The notes beneath the pieces were generated by a model. The model was given only the letters and a program-made list of their open reading frames with translations, was not told the origin of the DNA and searched no databases. 64,000 nucleotides of DNA from Akkermansiaceae bacterium. GTDB taxonomy: Bacteria > Verrucomicrobiota > Verrucomicrobiia > Verrucomicrobiales > Akkermansiaceae. Where the stretch lies: the NCBI GenBank assembly GCA_031412525.1, contig JANODE010000171.1, forward strand, positions 15,499-79,498. The letters run 5' to 3'. Made by a program: the position numbers and the translations under genes. This document shows positions 55,606 to 64,000 of the stretch, in pieces (within the stretch, counting starts at the first letter, position 1; every line of letters starts with the position of its first letter).

Positions 55606-58600
55606 ATGGAAATCATGGGAAGCCACGGCGTGCTGCGCTTCGGCTCCGCCCAGCGGCGAGATGGTGGTGACAAAAACCGTCGGCTTGTCGCCCTGTGAGC
55701 GCTGCAGGCGTCCGCTGGCTAACAGGAATGCCTCGGTCACGATCACCTGCCGGAAGTGGTGGAACGTCTTTTCCGGAATGAACAGGTTCGCGATGCCCGT
55801 TTCGTCTTCGAGTGAGATGAAACAATGCCCGTTCGCGGTGCCGGGGCGCTGACGGCAGATCGCCATGCCGCCGACCGTTACTGGAATGCCACCTGGCAGA
55901 TTCTCCAGATCCACCGCACGCTGGATTTTTCTGTTAGTCGCGGCCATCCGCCAGAGCTTCATCGGGTGTGGGCCGGAGCTGGCGTCCTGCACGGCAAAAT
56001 CCGACGACAAGCGCTCGGCCAGGGTCATCGGCGGCAATAGATCGGGACTAACCGCTTTCTCCATCGGAAACAGATCGTCATACAGCGGCAGCTCCGCCTG
56101 CCACATCGCCTGGCGGCGGTGAACGACTTGCGGCAATTCATTGAGCGCCCCGCTGCGGGCAAGGCTGCGGCGTTCCTTTTCACTGGGTTTCACACGACGC
56201 AGGAAATCATCAAGCGACTCAAAATCCTTCCGCCCGCGTTCGCTGACGATGCGGCGGATCGTTTCCTTCCCGAGATTTTTCAAACGGCCCATGCCTAACC
56301 GGATCGTCCGTTCATCGGTCACTTCGGTTAGCGCACCGCTCCTGAGGCAGCAGACCGGCAGGATTTTCATGCCGTGATGTTTCGCATCCTGGATCAGCGT
56401 GTTCACCGAGTAGAATCCCATCGGCTGGTTGTTGATGAGGCCAGTGTAGAACGCCGCAGGGTGGTGCGCCTTCAGCCAGCACGATGCGTAGGCGATCAGC
56501 GCGAAGGAAATCGCATGGCTCTCGGGAAATCCATACAGCGCGAAGGTCCCGGTGGCGTGGAGGATTTTTTCCTGCACTTCTTTTGTCAGTCCCTTCGCCG
56601 TCATGCGCGCGAGAAGTTTCGCGGTGACGCGTTTCATCTTCTCGTCGGAGCGCTTGAAGGAAATCGCCCGTCGCAGGTCGTCGGTCTCGCCGCCGGTGAA
56701 GTCCGCCATTTTCATCGCCATGGCCAGCATCTGCTCCTGAAACAAGGGCACGCCCAGAGTGCGTTCCAGGATTTCCTCACAATCCTTGTGGATGTAGTCG
56801 ATGCTTTCTTTTCCCCTGCGCCGGTTCAGATAGGGATGCAACAGATCGCCGACGATGGGCCCCGGGCGGATGATGGCGACCTCGATGACGATATCGTAAA
56901 ATTTCTGCGGCCGGAGGATGGGCAGCGTCGCCATTTGCGCGCGCGACTCGACCTGGAACGTACCAATGGTGTCGGCGCGGCAAAGCATATCGTAAACGGC
57001 GGGATCATCTTTCGGAATCTTCGCGAGATCGACCTCGATGCCGCGGCTCCGGCAGATCTCGATGGAGTCCTGCATGGCGGCGAGGATGCCGAGACCTAGC
57101 AGATCGATCTTGACGATGCCGAGATCCTCGCAGTCGTCCTTGTTCCATTGGAGGATGGTTCGGTTAGGCATCGTCGCGGGCTGGATCGGCACGACGGCGT
57201 CCAGCCGGTTGTCACAAATGACGATGCCGCCCGAGTGCTGGCCCAGATGGCGCGGCATGCCGAGGATTGACTGATAGAGCTTCGCCAGCGCCGGCAGTCT
57301 CGGATGCGAAGGCGGCAACAGGGTGGCCATGCGGTCCTCGAAATCCGTTTCCCGCGCCACCTGTTTTTCCTCGTCTGAGCCGAAGAACCGGAATCCCGAA
57401 CTCTCTTTGGAAAACCGGTCCGCGAGCGAGAGCGGGAAACCGAGCACCTTCGAGACCTCGCGAAACGCCGAGCGCGGCCGATAGGTGATCACGTTCGCCG
57501 TCATCGCCGCACCCCGTGTGCCGTACTTCTGGAACACATACTGGATGACTTTTTCGCGCAGCTCGCCGGAGGGGAAGTCCACGTCGATGTCCGGCCATGA
57601 CGCGCATTTTTCATTGAGGAACCGCTCGAAAAGCAGGCCGCTGCCGATCGGATCGACCTTGGTGATGCCGAGCACATAACAGACCACGGAGTTCGCCGCC
57701 GAGCCGCGGCCCTGGCAGAGCATTCCTTCCCGCTTCGCGAAATCGACGAGATCCTGGACGATGAGGAAATAGCCGGGAAACCCGAAATGCTCGATCAGGG
57801 AGAGTTCCTTGTCGAGCTGCCTGCGGATTTTTTCATCGACCCTGCCATACATCCTAACAGCTCCCTGATAGGAATTCCGCCGCAGCAGTTCCGCCTGTTC
57901 CGGCAGGGAAAGCGGCTGGCCGCGCTCGTCGGGAAAATCCGGGAAACGATAGCCGAGGTTCTCCAGCGTGAAATCGATGCGATCGGACAAGCGGTGCGTG
58001 TTTTCGACCGCCTGCGGCAGATCGGAGAACATTTCCAACAGCTTCGTGGGGGACCGCAGATGGCGTTCGCTGTTTTTCTCCAACAGATTCCCGGCCTCGT
58101 CGAGTGTCACGTGATGCCGCAGGCACGTGAAGGCGTCGGCTAACAGACGACCGGGGCGCGTGGCATACAGCGGCGCGTTGCTGGCGAGCAGGGGCAGCCG
58201 CAGATGGGTGGCCAGATCGATGAGATAGCGGTTGAGCTTCCCGTCATCGCGCAGGCGGTGGCGGTTGAGCTCCACATAGACGTTGTTCCGGCCGAAGGTG
58301 GCGATCAGGCCTTCCGCGGCGGCGAGGGCGCCGGTCCTGTCGTTGCGGAGCAGATGGCGGACGAGCGGCCCGTCGCGGTCGCCGGTTAGAGCGATGAGGC
58401 CGGAGTTCGTCAGTTCGCGGGCTTTTCCCGCGCCGTCCAGATGCAGGTCCGTCAGGTGGCGGCTGAGTGTCTGATAGGAAGCCTGGGTTGTGCAGAGCAC
58501 TGGCAGGTGCGAGCCGTTAGGCAGATCCAGGGTCGCGCCAACGAGGGCGCGGATGCCGCAATTCCTGGCTGCTTCGTGCGCGCGGGCGGAGCCGTAGAAT

Positions 58601-58725
58601 CCGCCGTGATCGGTGATGGCGATGGCGCTGTAACCCAGCGCTGCGGCGCGGTGGACAAGCTCCTCCGGCTGGCTCGATCCACGGAGGAACGAGAAGGCGG
58701 AGCGGGCATGGAATTCGGAAAACAT
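55603..58725 (-). CDS. dnaE2: Error-prone DNA polymerase III alpha homologue DnaE2 (ImuC)
   Basis: PHP start HARSAFSFLRGSS, AITDH..FYG.AR, QGRGSAANS.VCY.LGIT, PDIDVDF, PRHLGQHSGG, KIDLLGLG, FQVESRAQM, YGFPESHA and QRPGTA...FISLEDETG. Confidence 0.97.
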   Translation of the reverse strand: MFSEFHARSAFSFLRGSSQPEELVHRAAALGYSAIAITDHGGFYGSARAHEAARNCGIRALVGATLDLPNGSHLPVLCTTQASYQTLSRHLTDLHLDGAGKARELTNSGLIALTGDRDGPLVRHLLRNDRTGALAAAEGLIATFGRNNVYVELNRHRLRDDGKLNRYLIDLATHLRLPLLASNAPLYATRPGRLLADAFTCLRHHVTLDEAGNLLEKNSERHLRSPTKLLEMFSDLPQAVENTHRLSDRIDFTLENLGYRFPDFPDERGQPLSLPEQAELLRRNSYQGAVRMYGRVDEKIRRQLDKELSLIEHFGFPGYFLIVQDLVDFAKREGMLCQGRGSAANSVVCYVLGITKVDPIGSGLLFERFLNEKCASWPDIDVDFPSGELREKVIQYVFQKYGTRGAAMTANVITYRPRSAFREVSKVLGFPLSLADRFSKESSGFRFFGSDEEKQVARETDFEDRMATLLPPSHPRLPALAKLYQSILGMPRHLGQHSGGIVICDNRLDAVVPIQPATMPNRTILQWNKDDCEDLGIVKIDLLGLGILAAMQDSIEICRSRGIEVDLAKIPKDDPAVYDMLCRADTIGTFQVESRAQMATLPILRPQKFYDIVIEVAIIRPGPIVGDLLHPYLNRRRGKESIDYIHKDCEEILERTLGVPLFQEQMLAMAMKMADFTGGETDDLRRAISFKRSDEKMKRVTAKLLARMTAKGLTKEVQEKILHATGTFALYGFPESHAISFALIAYASCWLKAHHPAAFYTGLINNQPMGFYSVNTLIQDAKHHGMKILPVCCLRSGALTEVTDERTIRLGMGRLKNLGKETIRRIVSERGRKDFESLDDFLRRVKPSEKERRSLARSGALNELPQVVHRRQAMWQAELPLYDDLFPMEKAVSPDLLPPMTLAERLSSDFAVQDASSGPHPMKLWRMAATNRKIQRAVDLENLPGGIPVTVGGMAICRQRPGTANGHCFISLEDETGIANLFIPEKTFHHFRQVIVTEAFLLASGRLQRSQGDKPTVFVTTISPLGGAEAQHAVASHDFH

Positions 58726-58739
58726 GATGATCGACGATT

Positions 58740-60949
58740 CTAACTATCCCGGTGTGGACTCCGGGTTCTTACTTCCTCAATCACATCTTGCAACGAGCGA
58801 GGGAAGCGGTTCGTGCCGACGTATGAATGATCCTCAGGGTCGCAGGATTTGAAAACGGCCTTTAGAATGAGATCCTTCTTGTTGAGTTCACGATTTAGGG
58901 GAAAGTGAATTTTCTCATAGCTGGTTGTGCTGCCCTTGACCATCAGGGCGACGGCATCGATCACCGGAGGGTCGAGGGAATCAAGATATTCGGCAACCAG
59001 GGAGGCTTCCTCACTTTCGGAGATGTAACCTCCATGATAGGCGGTGATCGCAAGGACGTTGATCTCGTTCTCCTTGCTGGGCCTGAACGGCTTCTCGGGA
59101 TTGTTGGCGAACAGATATGCCTTTTTGGAAAAGGGTTCGCTTCCCTTGGTTCCGCGCCGGTTCTTCACCTCCAGATTGATCCTCACCTGGCCTCCGAGGA
59201 TGGTGAAACTCCAGTCCACGGACGGCGCTTGTTGCCGCTTGCTTGAGCGGGTTTCTTCCAAGATGACCTTTTCGTGTTCCACCGTTCCATCGTCGATTCC
59301 CTGCCAGCGTGAAAGCCACCAGACCTCGTTCAGGGTGTCGAGGTGTTGGGAGCCGAGTTTCAGATGGCTGCACAGTTCCGCTTCCACCGGCCAGAGCGAG
59401 GGGATGATCCTGTGTCCCGTCTCGGATACTTTGCTGAGATAAAGCAGGCTCTCCCGATCCAATCCGGTCCCATCCATCATGCTGACTTCATTTTTGGCAA
59501 CGAAAGGGTCATCCGCGTTGTCGATATCGTGGCCGGATTGATCGAACGCATATTCGACGAGAGCGAAGTTGATTTCACTCTCGGGTGGTAGGAGCCATCT
59601 GGGAGGAAGAAGCCGGAACCCGGCGGGCGCCATTACCTTCAAGTCCTGTGCCAGCAGCGAGGCCCTTTGCATGAGTTCCTTTTCACCGAGCACGCCCTCC
59701 CGAACCAGCCCCCCGGCTTCGATCCGGAGCAGGGAGAACAGTTCGGATTGGGTTGGCAGCCTGCCTTTCCCCACGGGCATGTCGCTTGCCGGCCTCCCGG
59801 TGAATTGTGATAGATAGGTTTGAAGATTCACCGAGGATCGATCACCCGCAACCACGGAGGAATCGTCGGGGATGCGGCTGATGACCACCTGCTTGCACGC
59901 TCCCACCAGCTTTGCGATTTTGGACAGTTTCGAAAACGTCTGGATCGATGGGTTTGCGGAGAGCTTGATCTCGATGACCTCGCGGCCCTGATCGGTTTCG
60001 AGCAGCAGGTCACACTCAAGGCCGTCGCTTGTCCGGAAATAGTAGGCGGCGAATGACTCGCCGGTCGCCTTGCGGGTTGTGATGATCTGATCGATGACCC
60101 AGCCTTCCCAGCTTTCTCCCACCCACGGTTGGTCGATCAGGCCGGATGTAGAGGTCAACCCGAGAAGCGAGTGAAGAAGGCCGCTGTCCCTCCAATAGAT
60201 TTTCGGGGTCTTGATCAGACGTTTGGGAAAGTTTCCGGCAAAAAAAGGTGGGAGGCGGCGGATCAGAAACGCGCCTTCCAAAAAATCAAGATACGAACCA
60301 ACCGTATGATAAGTGATGCCGAGACCTTGACCGAGTTGCGAGGCATTGAGCTGTGACCCGTGGATGGCGGCGACCATGCGCATGAGCCGGTCCGTTTGTT
60401 GGGGTTTCGATGGCAGGCCCCATGCGGGCAGATCCTGATGGGACATCTGCCTGAGGTAGGATTCCTGCCACACGGGGAATGCCGCGGCTTCAGGGTGCAG
60501 GCAGCCGCCGTCCGGGAAGCCGCCATTTCTCCACAGTGAATCCGCATACTCCGGCGGCAGTTCCATCGCTGAGAGGGGTGGTAGATCCACCAGTGCCATC
60601 CGGCCGGCGAGGGATTCGCTGACCTGTTTCATCAGGGAGGGAGAGACGGAACCCAGAAGAAGAAAGCGGCCGTTTGATTTCCTCCGCGCATCAATGGCTC
60701 CTCGCAAACGGGGGAAAATCTCAGGCCAGCTTTGGGCTTCGTCGAGAATTGCCAACTGGTCTCCCGCGATGAGCTCGTTCCAGAGGAGATCAAGTTTCAC
60801 TCGATCCGCTTCTTGCTCGAGATCGAAATAGGCAGAGGAAAATGTCTTTGCCAAGGTGGTCTTTCCTGCCTGACGAGGACCGACGATGCAAACTGCGGGA
60901 AACTGCTCGAGGCGTTTCCTGACAAGGGCTTCTTGAATGCGTTGGATCA
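58740..60949 (-). CDS. AAA_14 ATPase-DUF4143 protein fused to an additional C-terminal PD-(D/E)xK-like domain
   Basis: GPRQAGKTT, ILDEAQ, FLLLGS, ESLAGR, GGFP, KTPKIYWRDSGL, WEGWV and ECDLL..VIEIK. Then ~350 extra aa with TLNE...SVDW...LEVKNR. Confidence 0.85.
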
Positions 60950-60967
60950 TTTCTTGTAAAATAGAAA

Positions 60968-61100
60968 TCAATTTCTAATTTGCAATAGAATTGATTTGGG
61001 TTGATCGCGATGCCGCTCAATACGTGCGACGATTTGCTTGGGTAGGCTCGATTCCGCGGAGGAACGAGAAGGCGGAGCGGGCATGGAATTCACAGAACAT
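60968..61100 (-). pseudogene. Frameshifted duplicate of the dnaE2 5' end
   Basis: 61045-61100 is nearly identical to 58671-58725 and encodes MFCEFHARSAFSFLRG. After a 1-nt insertion the shifted frame continues SSLPKQIVAR, versus SSQPEELVHR in dnaE2. Confidence 0.85.
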
Positions 61101-61121
61101 GTTGAAAAGTTAGAAATCATG

Positions 61122-61265
61122 AACCGCAGATGAACGCGGATGGACGGTAAGAAGAAAATCCAATGAAAAGAGGGCTTCATCCGATCTTTTCAACCCTCTG
61201 TATTCATCTGCGTTCATCTGCGTTCATCTGCGTTCATCTGCGTTCATCTGCGTTCATCTGCGGTT
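61122..61265. repeat. Inverted-repeat element with six tandem TTCATCTGCG decamers
   Basis: AACCGCAGATGAACG (61122-61136) is the exact reverse complement of CGTTCATCTGCGGTT (61251-61265); (TTCATCTGCG)x6 spans 61203-61262. Confidence 0.92.
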
Positions 61266-61284
61266 GGAAATTTCTTGGTGTTTG

Positions 61285-62754
61285 TTAGAGATAAATGCCG
61301 TCGAGCCGCCATTGGTCGTGGGGCTTTTCGAAAACGAGGCGCAGCAGTGGTGCGTGACCGACGCGTACGTCCCACTCCAGCCGCTGCCAGGCGCTGCCCG
61401 GTTCCCAGCCATCGCCGGACATCAGGAAGGGCCCGCGGTGCTCCAGCACCTCGCCGGGATGCGGGCCGGTGAGGAGTGCGAGCGGTCGGGGATGATCGTT
61501 GGAAGGGGATTCGAACGCGACGGCGATTTTCACCGGCGGCCGGAACCGGCGCAGCGGGATCGAACAATCCGGCAGATCCGTGGCAGGAGAAACCCCACCC
61601 GCGGCCTGCATTTCAAACGCGTCCGGCCGATGGCTGGGCAACGGCGCGGGAACACCGACACGGCCGCTGCCTAACAGCGCCTCCAGCCGCGCCAGCGTGT
61701 CCGCCCAGCGCTCCGGTCGCGGCAGCCGGCGGCCGGTCCAGTCGCGCTGGCAGGAGAGGGGAAATGCCGCGGTTGCATCCAACCCGATGCCAATGACCGG
61801 CGAAGGCAAAACCAGCGATTCCGCCAGCGTTTGGATCGGCTTGAGGAGTGCCGTCGGATCGGATAACGGCTCGGACAAACGGATTTCCCGCCGCAGGCCG
61901 CCCTGTTCGAGCCGCAGGTGGATTTCCAGAACGGAGGCTGCCAGATGGCGGGCTGCCAGACGTCCCGCGAGCACGTGCAGGAGGCGGTTGAAAACAAAAA
62001 CCAGCGCCTCGCTCGAATCGATCGCATCATCGAAATCGATCGTCTGCGCGAGCGATTCCGGCGGACGGTGCAGTTTCAGCAAACGGCAGGTTTTTCCCGA
62101 AACCACATCGTGCCAGTGCCCCGCGCGCGGCCCGAAGCGTCCCACCAGATCCTGCCGCGGCAGGCGGCGGAAATCGCCGAGCGTGCGGATCCCTAACAAA
62201 TCCAGCAGCGGCAGAAAGCGGTCGCCACCATCCAGATTGGCTAACAGCGACAGCGGCAGCAGGCCGATCTCCTCCACGGAAATCCAGCGTGCCCGCGTCC
62301 GCGCTTCCAGTACGGCGAAGTGGGCGAGGTCCGGCGTGGCTGCCAGTGAATGGCAGACTTCCTCGCCGGATTCCGGCAGCGATTCCAGGGCCTCCAGCCG
62401 AACCGTCTTTTTTCTGCCTGATAGATCGAGCAGCACGATGTCCGGCGCGGTGATTTCCACATCGGGCGTCAGGCTGTCCGCCAGGGAGACGAGTTCAGCG
62501 AGCAAAGCGGCTTCGTTTTCCGGGTGGCGTGAAATCAGCTTCAAATCCGGACACCGCACCAGCGCCCGCCCTAACGGCCAGCCCGCGGTAATTCCCGTCT
62601 GCCGCGCGGCGGGATTGATCGCCATCAGCGGGATTTTCCCATCATCGCGATGGGTCGATTCCCGCAGGATGGCACAGGGCCGCCCGCGCCATTCCGGCTG
62701 GGCGCGAAGCGCGGCGGTGACCGGGAGATCCGGCAGATGGAAGGCGGCGAACAT
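61285..62754 (-). CDS. imuB: ImuB, Y-family polymerase-like mutasome protein
   Basis: GITAGWPLGRALVRCPDL, LTPDVE...D..LLDLSG, LPL..L, LGIRTLGDF..LPR..L..RFG. Located between imuA and dnaE2; start at the ATG at 62754. Confidence 0.9.
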   Translation of the reverse strand: MFAAFHLPDLPVTAALRAQPEWRGRPCAILRESTHRDDGKIPLMAINPAARQTGITAGWPLGRALVRCPDLKLISRHPENEAALLAELVSLADSLTPDVEITAPDIVLLDLSGRKKTVRLEALESLPESGEEVCHSLAATPDLAHFAVLEARTRARWISVEEIGLLPLSLLANLDGGDRFLPLLDLLGIRTLGDFRRLPRQDLVGRFGPRAGHWHDVVSGKTCRLLKLHRPPESLAQTIDFDDAIDSSEALVFVFNRLLHVLAGRLAARHLAASVLEIHLRLEQGGLRREIRLSEPLSDPTALLKPIQTLAESLVLPSPVIGIGLDATAAFPLSCQRDWTGRRLPRPERWADTLARLEALLGSGRVGVPAPLPSHRPDAFEMQAAGGVSPATDLPDCSIPLRRFRPPVKIAVAFESPSNDHPRPLALLTGPHPGEVLEHRGPFLMSGDGWEPGSAWQRLEWDVRVGHAPLLRLVFEKPHDQWRLDGIYL

Positions 62755-62759
62755 GGCGA

Positions 62760-63407
62760 TCAGGTGGCGCGGCGGAGTTGGTTGGGGCGGGCGGTCATCC
62801 GCTGCAGGATCTCGTTTCTCGGCAGATCGAAATCCGTTAGCTCGAGCCGTGCGGAGAGTTCGAGCCGCAGGCTGGCGCAGGGGACGAGCGGGGCGGGGGC
62901 CAGCACGATCAGGCGGCAGGCGCCGGTTTCGCAAAGCTGTTTGAGCCGCCACCATGCCGAGGCGGGAATGGAGCGCAGCGAGGCGGGCGGCAGGCCGCAG
63001 AGATCGAGCATGACGAAGGGGACGTTGGCATCGCGCACCAGCAGGTCGGCGGCCTTGAGCGCTTCCTGGATTTTCGCGCAGCGCACCCACAGCAGTTGTG
63101 AGCAGGCGGCGGCCGTGTGGGAAACCGGATCGAACCCATCGCCACCGTCCACCAGCACGAATTTCGGAAACTCCGCGGCTTCCTCCGGCTCCGCCAGCAG
63201 CCCGGCGATCCACAGGGAAAGCCCGCCGCCCTCCGCTGCGGGAATGATCTCGGAAATGGCACCCGCCGGGAAAGTCGCCGTTTCGAAAAGCGACTTCGGT
63301 GCCTCGGCCGGGGCTTCGGAAACCGGCGTGGCTCCATGCGCCGCGGGGAATTTTTCCCGGAGCTGCCGTCGAAGGTCATGGAGCGTGGTCGCCGTCACGG
63401 GCGGCAT
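62760..63407 (-). CDS. imuA: ImuA / RecA-like inactive ATPase
   Basis: FPAGAISEI, VLVDG.DGFDP, LLWVRC...EALKAADLLVRD....VMLDL; first gene of the cassette, with a LexA box upstream. Confidence 0.85.
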   Translation of the reverse strand: MPPVTATTLHDLRRQLREKFPAAHGATPVSEAPAEAPKSLFETATFPAGAISEIIPAAEGGGLSLWIAGLLAEPEEAAEFPKFVLVDGGDGFDPVSHTAAACSQLLWVRCAKIQEALKAADLLVRDANVPFVMLDLCGLPPASLRSIPASAWWRLKQLCETGACRLIVLAPAPLVPCASLRLELSARLELTDFDLPRNEILQRMTARPNQLRRAT

Positions 63408-63426
63408 TTTACCGCTTCGCGGAGAC

Positions 63427-63440
63427 TGTTCAAGAGAACA
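63427..63440. promoter_or_regulatory. LexA (SOS) box, Verrucomicrobia-type
   Basis: TGTTC-AAGA-GAACA, a perfect TGTTC-N4-GAACA palindrome 19 nt upstream of the imuA ATG. Confidence 0.92.
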
Positions 63441-63441
63441 A

Positions 63442-63999
63442 TTATTCCGGCTTCAGAAGCTCTGTTCGGAATAAGACCGCCAGTCGTTGGCAGAGAATGT
63501 CATGCACTTCCTGCGCGGGCCTTGTTCCCACACGAGCGAGGCGGGGGAGGGGGCTGGCGAAGATGCGGTCGGAGAACGAAAGGTGGCGGGTGCCGGAGAG
63601 GATCAGGCGGTCGCGGTAAGGTTGCTTCAGCGCGTCCTGGATGCGGGCTTCGGCCTCGCGGGTGAGGATCTGGCCGGCGTTTTCATCGGGCTTGCGCGCG
63701 GATTCGAGCCAGGCCGGGGTTTCCTGGTCGAAGAAGAGGAACGGCCCGCGCGGGAAATCGTTTTCCAGAAACAGCCCGTCCTCGTTCGCTCCGGCCACGA
63801 ACGCGGGGTTTTTCGCGCAGAGCTGGATCGCTGTGGAGCCGCCGAACGAAAAGCCGAACACACCCGCGCGGTCGAGCCGGAGTCTGCCTGATAGAATCCC
63901 CGCGGCCTCCCCTGCCAATGCCAGCCGGACGCGCTCGACCTGCTCCAGCCGTTCGGCGAAGCAGTGTCTGGCGTTCGCCACGAAATCGGCAGTGCTTTT
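63442..63999 (-). CDS. Alpha/beta hydrolase (PAF-acetylhydrolase-like), 5'-truncated by the window edge
   Basis: GVFGFSFGGSTA nucleophile elbow, NEDG and GTRHLSFSD; the frame is open to the window end. Confidence 0.8.
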   Translation of the reverse strand, partial: KSTADFVANARHCFAERLEQVERVRLALAGEAAGILSGRLRLDRAGVFGFSFGGSTAIQLCAKNPAFVAGANEDGLFLENDFPRGPFLFFDQETPAWLESARKPDENAGQILTREAEARIQDALKQPYRDRLILSGTRHLSFSDRIFASPLPRLARVGTRPAQEVHDILCQRLAVLFRTELLKPE

Positions 64000-64000
64000 G

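Noticed and set aside
60968-61180. 70-aa ORF as a real gene
   Set aside because: It runs through the repeat arm and the frameshifted dnaE2 remnant, so it is explained as a scar.
61203-61262. Tandem repeats as a CRISPR array
   Set aside because: The 10-bp units are contiguous, with no spacers and no cas genes.
62755-63213. N-terminal extension of ImuB in the ORF track
   Set aside because: It overlaps imuA in another frame; ImuB similarity begins at the ATG at 62754. Similar over-extended starts were trimmed for mnmE, xylB, the redoxin, nupG, ispA, the L,D-transpeptidase and the tubulin-like gene.
1-64000. CTATC/GATAG as a second enriched motif (a CTAWC consensus)
   Set aside because: It is frequent but readily explained by Tyr, Ile and Asp codons, and CTATG/CATAG is also common. 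It needs a computed control.

Overview
A GC-rich bacterial chromosome segment, most likely Verrucomicrobiota (Luteolibacter/Haloferula-like). This is inferred from a perfect TGTTC-N4-GAACA LexA box before imuA and a TIGR02999-type ECF sigma/Ser-Thr kinase pair. Most of the window is housekeeping and metabolism: CBS-pyrophosphatase, mnmE, hisC, xylB, amtB, coaX, ROK kinase, SOD, ppc, menD, tRNA-Arg(CCG), nupG-like permease, ispA, asd, hflX, lysS, sucAB and an imuA-imuB-dnaE2 SOS cassette. The standout is an apparently foreign five-gene operon at 32.6-41.3 kb. It encodes a membrane protein, a ~1000-aa tubulin/FtsZ-like (Tubulin_2) GTPase, a Cys-rich-TM-PstS-like-OmpA protein, and a MotA/ZorA-like plus MotB/ZorB-like pair. 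No zorC/D/E is present, so it is a candidate non-canonical Zorya-like membrane-motor system. Other notable points: (1) the non-palindromic pentamer CTAAC/GTTAG is strongly over-represented in host genes, often written with rare codons; (2) an ATPase-nuclease fusion sits inside the SOS operon next to a frameshifted duplicate of the dnaE2 5' end; (3) there are four PIN toxin genes; (4) there are three kinds of small intergenic repeat elements. All family calls come from motif recognition by eye, with no database searches. All counts are hand counts.
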